This document shows, piece by piece, positions 59,801 to 64,000 of a DNA stretch of 64,000 bases. Numbering within the stretch: position 1 is the first letter of the stretch; every line of letters begins with the position of its first letter. The notes below the pieces were generated by a model. It was not told where the DNA came from, ran no database searches, and saw nothing but the letters and a program-made list of their open reading frames with translations. The position numbers were made by a program, and so were the translations under genes. This DNA is from Mytilus trossulus (lineage: Eukaryota). The DNA is taken from contig NC_086381.1 of assembly GCF_036588685.1 (NCBI RefSeq), forward strand, positions 59,892,001 through 59,956,000, in the 5' to 3' direction.

Positions 59801-62800
59801 ATTCGTCAATCCGCCTATCCCATATTCAACACAGTCACCCACAATTTAATACCACAATTTGATATTTGGTATCTTGCATATTAACAATGATATTTTATCT
59901 GTGTTGAATAAGCTTATAATATGATAAAGTAGAATGGAAGTAAAGCTGTTTTTTGCCCCAAAAAATAAAGAATAAAACATTTTCAAAATATAGCGATAAA
60001 CAAGTTTTCAAAAAATAATAATTTAGATTATGAGATGATCACGGGTGTCATTCGGTTTATCGAGATAAATGATCATGAAAGAATATCTAACGGCGATCAA
60101 GTATTGATGATGTATAATATCATTTACGGTTTCGCGAAAATAAGAAAAAATAACTAATGCATGGTGTCTTTGCATTTTACTATACAGGGTAACATCAAGT
60201 CATTCAAGAACTAATTAACATTTTCGATCGATAGATTGTTGCTTGCTTAACGTCCAATGGCAAATATGTATTCATATTCAGGATTAGAATAGATTACTTA
60301 ATAGGATCTAATAGTACTGTAGTAAGTTTCTGCAAAAGTGATTAAGTTGAGAAAACATGGACTGCCACTAAAAATTATTGTATAAAGGGCAAAATAAATT
60401 GCCGTGTAAAAATTGATCTTAAACCCATCCTCGAGTTTCTGCCACAGTTCTATAATGAGCACATAGCGTGGCGCGGCGCCTTCCCTACACGTGATAAGAT
60501 TTAGCGTCACCATTCAGACAGGACGCTGCTACATATTAAATTATATACTAGTATGCAATACAACCAGTCAGACGCCCTTATTTTGCAATGGTTTTACGGC
60601 CGTTTGTTAGATGTCTATGGAGTTCATATTTCTATAAATCCAGTGAACTGTTGGAGTTCGACATTTTAAATTTATTTTTCACTCGTAAAACTTTCGTTAA
60701 TTATTGAGTCGATTAGAGTCGATTTATTTGGTTTATATTATAATGTGTTTTGATCGAAATAGTATAAATCGTTATTACTCCAAGTCAAGTGTTAGCTTGC
60801 ATCTCTAAAATTTCCTTATAAATACACATACTATAATCAATCAAAATTTAAAGCAATTCAGGACCCCAATCCCCTATGATAGAATAAGCCGGGTTAAAGA
60901 AGGTAGTATTACATGAAGCCCGATCGAGTGCAAAACGTAAGTGTAGAAAATGAAAAAAGAAACGACGCAGTTTCAGGTGCGATCATCAAACAATAGTGAA
61001 TCACAAACCAAGATAACAAAAACTAAAACTTTAAAACACTTTTTAATGAAATTATTCAGTCTGTTCATATAATTTTGACAATGAAACATCATATGATCAC
61101 CAACACGTTTTAATCCACAGCTGCAATTAATGTGACCTCGACCCCTCCCTTCACAAAATTTGACCATAAATATTTATTAAAGTATCGTAATAAAGCAATT
61201 TTGCGCTGGCCGATGCGCATCAAACACAAAATGATTCCATTAATGGCGGGAGATCAACATTTGTCGTCACGTGCGGTTTACTAATGATAATAATTCACCT
61301 TTTCACAGACATTTGACAAATTTATCTATTTATTGTGGTTATTAAAATCATAAGATCAAAGTTCGATTACCACATCAGGAGTTTAAACTTGTTTCCAATC
61401 GTTGTACCTGAATACCTACTTATATACTTATTGGTAGACAGGTGAAAATTTCAAGTATTATATAGTTCTGATTGAATCTAATCGTATGAGACATTTCTAT
61501 TATACACATATTAAATGTAAGAATGCATTTGATGTCCAATAATTCCTTAAACAAATGTTAATAATGATATATGTTACAAACAGCGATTTAATCCGACCCG
61601 TGTCTATGCATTTGTAAGAAGCCGTAGAAAGAAGGATCAAAGTTGCCTTTTGTTCAAGTTAATGGTACTTTTTTAAGGTTTGTGTTGTACTAGTAAATTG
61701 AAGATAAGCACTAAATACGAGTATCCAGTATGCCGACATGATTGGTTAAACATGTTACTGGCAAACGATATAATGTTTTTAATTACAGAAGTGCGTTTTG
61801 TCAGTCCACCCTGAGAGTCCACTAGAACAATTCGTTTAGAAGTTATAGAATTCTAAATGTCGTAGATCGTACTGCCTTCATATCTTCGTCATTCGATCTC
61901 TGGTGGATAGTTATTAGAATTCATACGGCATCTTCGATGTTTTTATAAAAGGGGAACTGTACGTGGGGTTAAAAGATGCAAAGCTTCGTGCTCATCTTGT
62001 TCCTTAAAACAGATATGCAAACTTTCTTCAAGACATTGACGTTAGCTAAAAAGAATAAAAGACATGTATTCCTATAAGGAATAATCAATAATTCGCTTTC
62101 AGACAGAGCAAGTGTTAAACAATCAAATTTGCGTATATCTTTTGTTTATTTGCTCAAATCGGTTATTTCAAATTATAAACCAAGTGACCACAAACATGAC
62201 CTTAATGACCATGACATTTAGACTATCAATGGGTATAGATTTCACTACGACGAGCACGTATACTATGCTATAAATTATAAGATAGTTACTTACGCTGAAA
62301 GTCGCAATCGAAACAGTTTATCGAGTACAAATGGTCATTTGTGGTTTTTCTAGAGTTGCTGTGCTCATGTTCTCTTTATATGTCTTTTACTTTAATTTGT
62401 AGGACCCACTGAGACGCCTACGTATGATAATGGTTTGAATGTTGACCTAACAGTTGATGGTTAGAAGGGTGTGTATGTGGTTGTTTTACGGGCGACGTTT
62501 ATAGCAATCTTCATACATCTTTAAACCTAATGAATAACTTATAACCTTTTAAAAGGGAAAAAGGAAAATACTATTAATGCAGTGATGAAAAAAAGAAAAC
62601 CATGAGGATCGACCTTTTCAGTAGACATATTTAAAGCAGATGAGAAAACAAAATTATAACTTTAAAATCCATGCTTTAATCTGAAAGATCTCCTGAATCA
62701 AAGTCAATAGACAAGTAACACACAACATGTCCATAACACGAGCAGTTTAAAAATTATTTGTACAGTTAAAAAAAATCGAGAGAGAAATTCATTTACGCAA

Positions 62801-62929
62801 CTTTTGTGAGAAGAAAAATTTCAAACTCCTTGGATTGATTCATATATAGAGGTGGGTCACTTTTCTCATGATCGACATTGTGCAGAAAACTTCAAACTTA
62901 ACATACATCTTCACCTTAAAATCCTCACA

Positions 62930-63790
62930 TACACCAAATATGCCTTATATATATAGTTTTATAATATAGTTTATCTATTGCACATAATATCTAAGAAACG
63001 CACTTTACCAGGACAATTTAACATTGATCAATGAAAAATGGAAATGAGGTCAAGGTCAGAAGAACCTTGCCAGGAAGACATGTTCACTTACAATTATGTT
63101 TGAAATAATGTTGACCTATTGCATATAGTACCTAAGAAACAAACTTAACCAGGAAAACTTAAGATTGACCAATGGATTACAGTCATTCCAAACCCCAGAA
63201 TATAATTGACCTTTTGCTTTTGTATTAGAAAAACAGAAGAAAAAATAACTCAACGTTGAGCAATGAACCGTAAAAATTAGATCAAGGTCAATGTAAAATA
63301 TAAGATGCCAGACTGACATGCACATTTGTAAAACAAATTTATAAACCAAATACAGTCGACCTATTGCATACAGTATTAGAAAAACTGACCAAACACACAA
63401 AAACTTAAATTCTTGAAAACGAGCCCAAGGTCACATAATAACTGCCAGATAGTGTATGTAAACCTTACAATCATTAAATACACTAAATAGTGTAGATGTT
63501 GCGCTTATAGTATCTGAAATATGGACTTGAAAACAAAAACTTAACCTTGTTCACTTATCCATGACTTGAGGTCGAGGTCAAGTGAAAACTGTTCATGTCT
63601 GGCGGGCATAATGACCTTACAAGATATAAGGAATCTATAAACAATTGCAAAACATGAAAGATCCAGGTCTTCTACCATCCAGAATATTTTAAAAGAAGTT
63701 TGTTAACGCCGTCCCCGACGCCGCCACCACAGCCTGATCACTGTCCATATGTCGAGATTGCTTCTAAAGATTTCGCAGGTTGGACAAAAA
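62930..63790 (+). mobile_element. Helentron-associated (HINE-like) non-autonomous element with internal ~150-bp repeats
   Basis: Repeated tgaggtcaaggtca / gacctattgcata.ag / aacttaacc modules, a GC-rich (gcc)n-like patch, and a terminal imperfect hairpin gtcgag..gc....gcaggttggac followed by aaaaa. Confidence 0.5.
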
Positions 63791-64000
63791 CGACATATGG
63801 TCTAGATATCCAAATGGTGATGTTTATGTACACGTAAAACCGGTTTATCGCAGAAACATTTTTTGCCTGTACCAAGGAAGATTATCTGCATGATATTGTA
63901 TGGTTCGTTATTCCTGGTCTTTGTACGTTTTTTATGTAGGAGTCGGGTTGATCATCATCTTGTTTTTGTCCTTATTATCCTTTTTATGTATTCTTACAAT

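Overview
This is eukaryotic, very AT-rich, repeat-dense DNA, most likely from a bivalve. The repeat families and the intronless RING-less TRIM genes look Mytilus-like (inference). Most entries in the ORF track are spurious. All supportable host genes lie on the minus strand: a 2-exon 7TM receptor with one in-frame TGA (28829-30762), an intronless UDP-glycosyltransferase (33703-35211), two 547-aa B-box/coiled-coil/beta-propeller TRIM-like paralogues (39508-41151, 48273-49916), and a 457-aa disordered orphan with a TATA + NF-kB + AP-1 promoter (56244-57617). The first ~15.6 kb holds 4-5 decayed tandem copies of an unannotated minus-strand gene with LRR-like and transmembrane-like remnants. Mobile DNA includes a 6.1-kb Sola3-like transposon derivative whose two surviving ORFs can be spliced in frame, nested Penelope-like retroelement relics, three short repeat families carrying degenerate type I hammerhead ribozymes, tRNA-derived SINEs, and many MITEs including a 451-bp fold-back element. 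I see no fully convincing new multi-gene system. The best leads are the orphan gene, the Sola3 derivative, the hammerhead repeats and the hidden pseudogene array. No alignments or searches were run: family names come from motif recognition, and repeat boundaries are approximate unless TIRs/TSDs are quoted.
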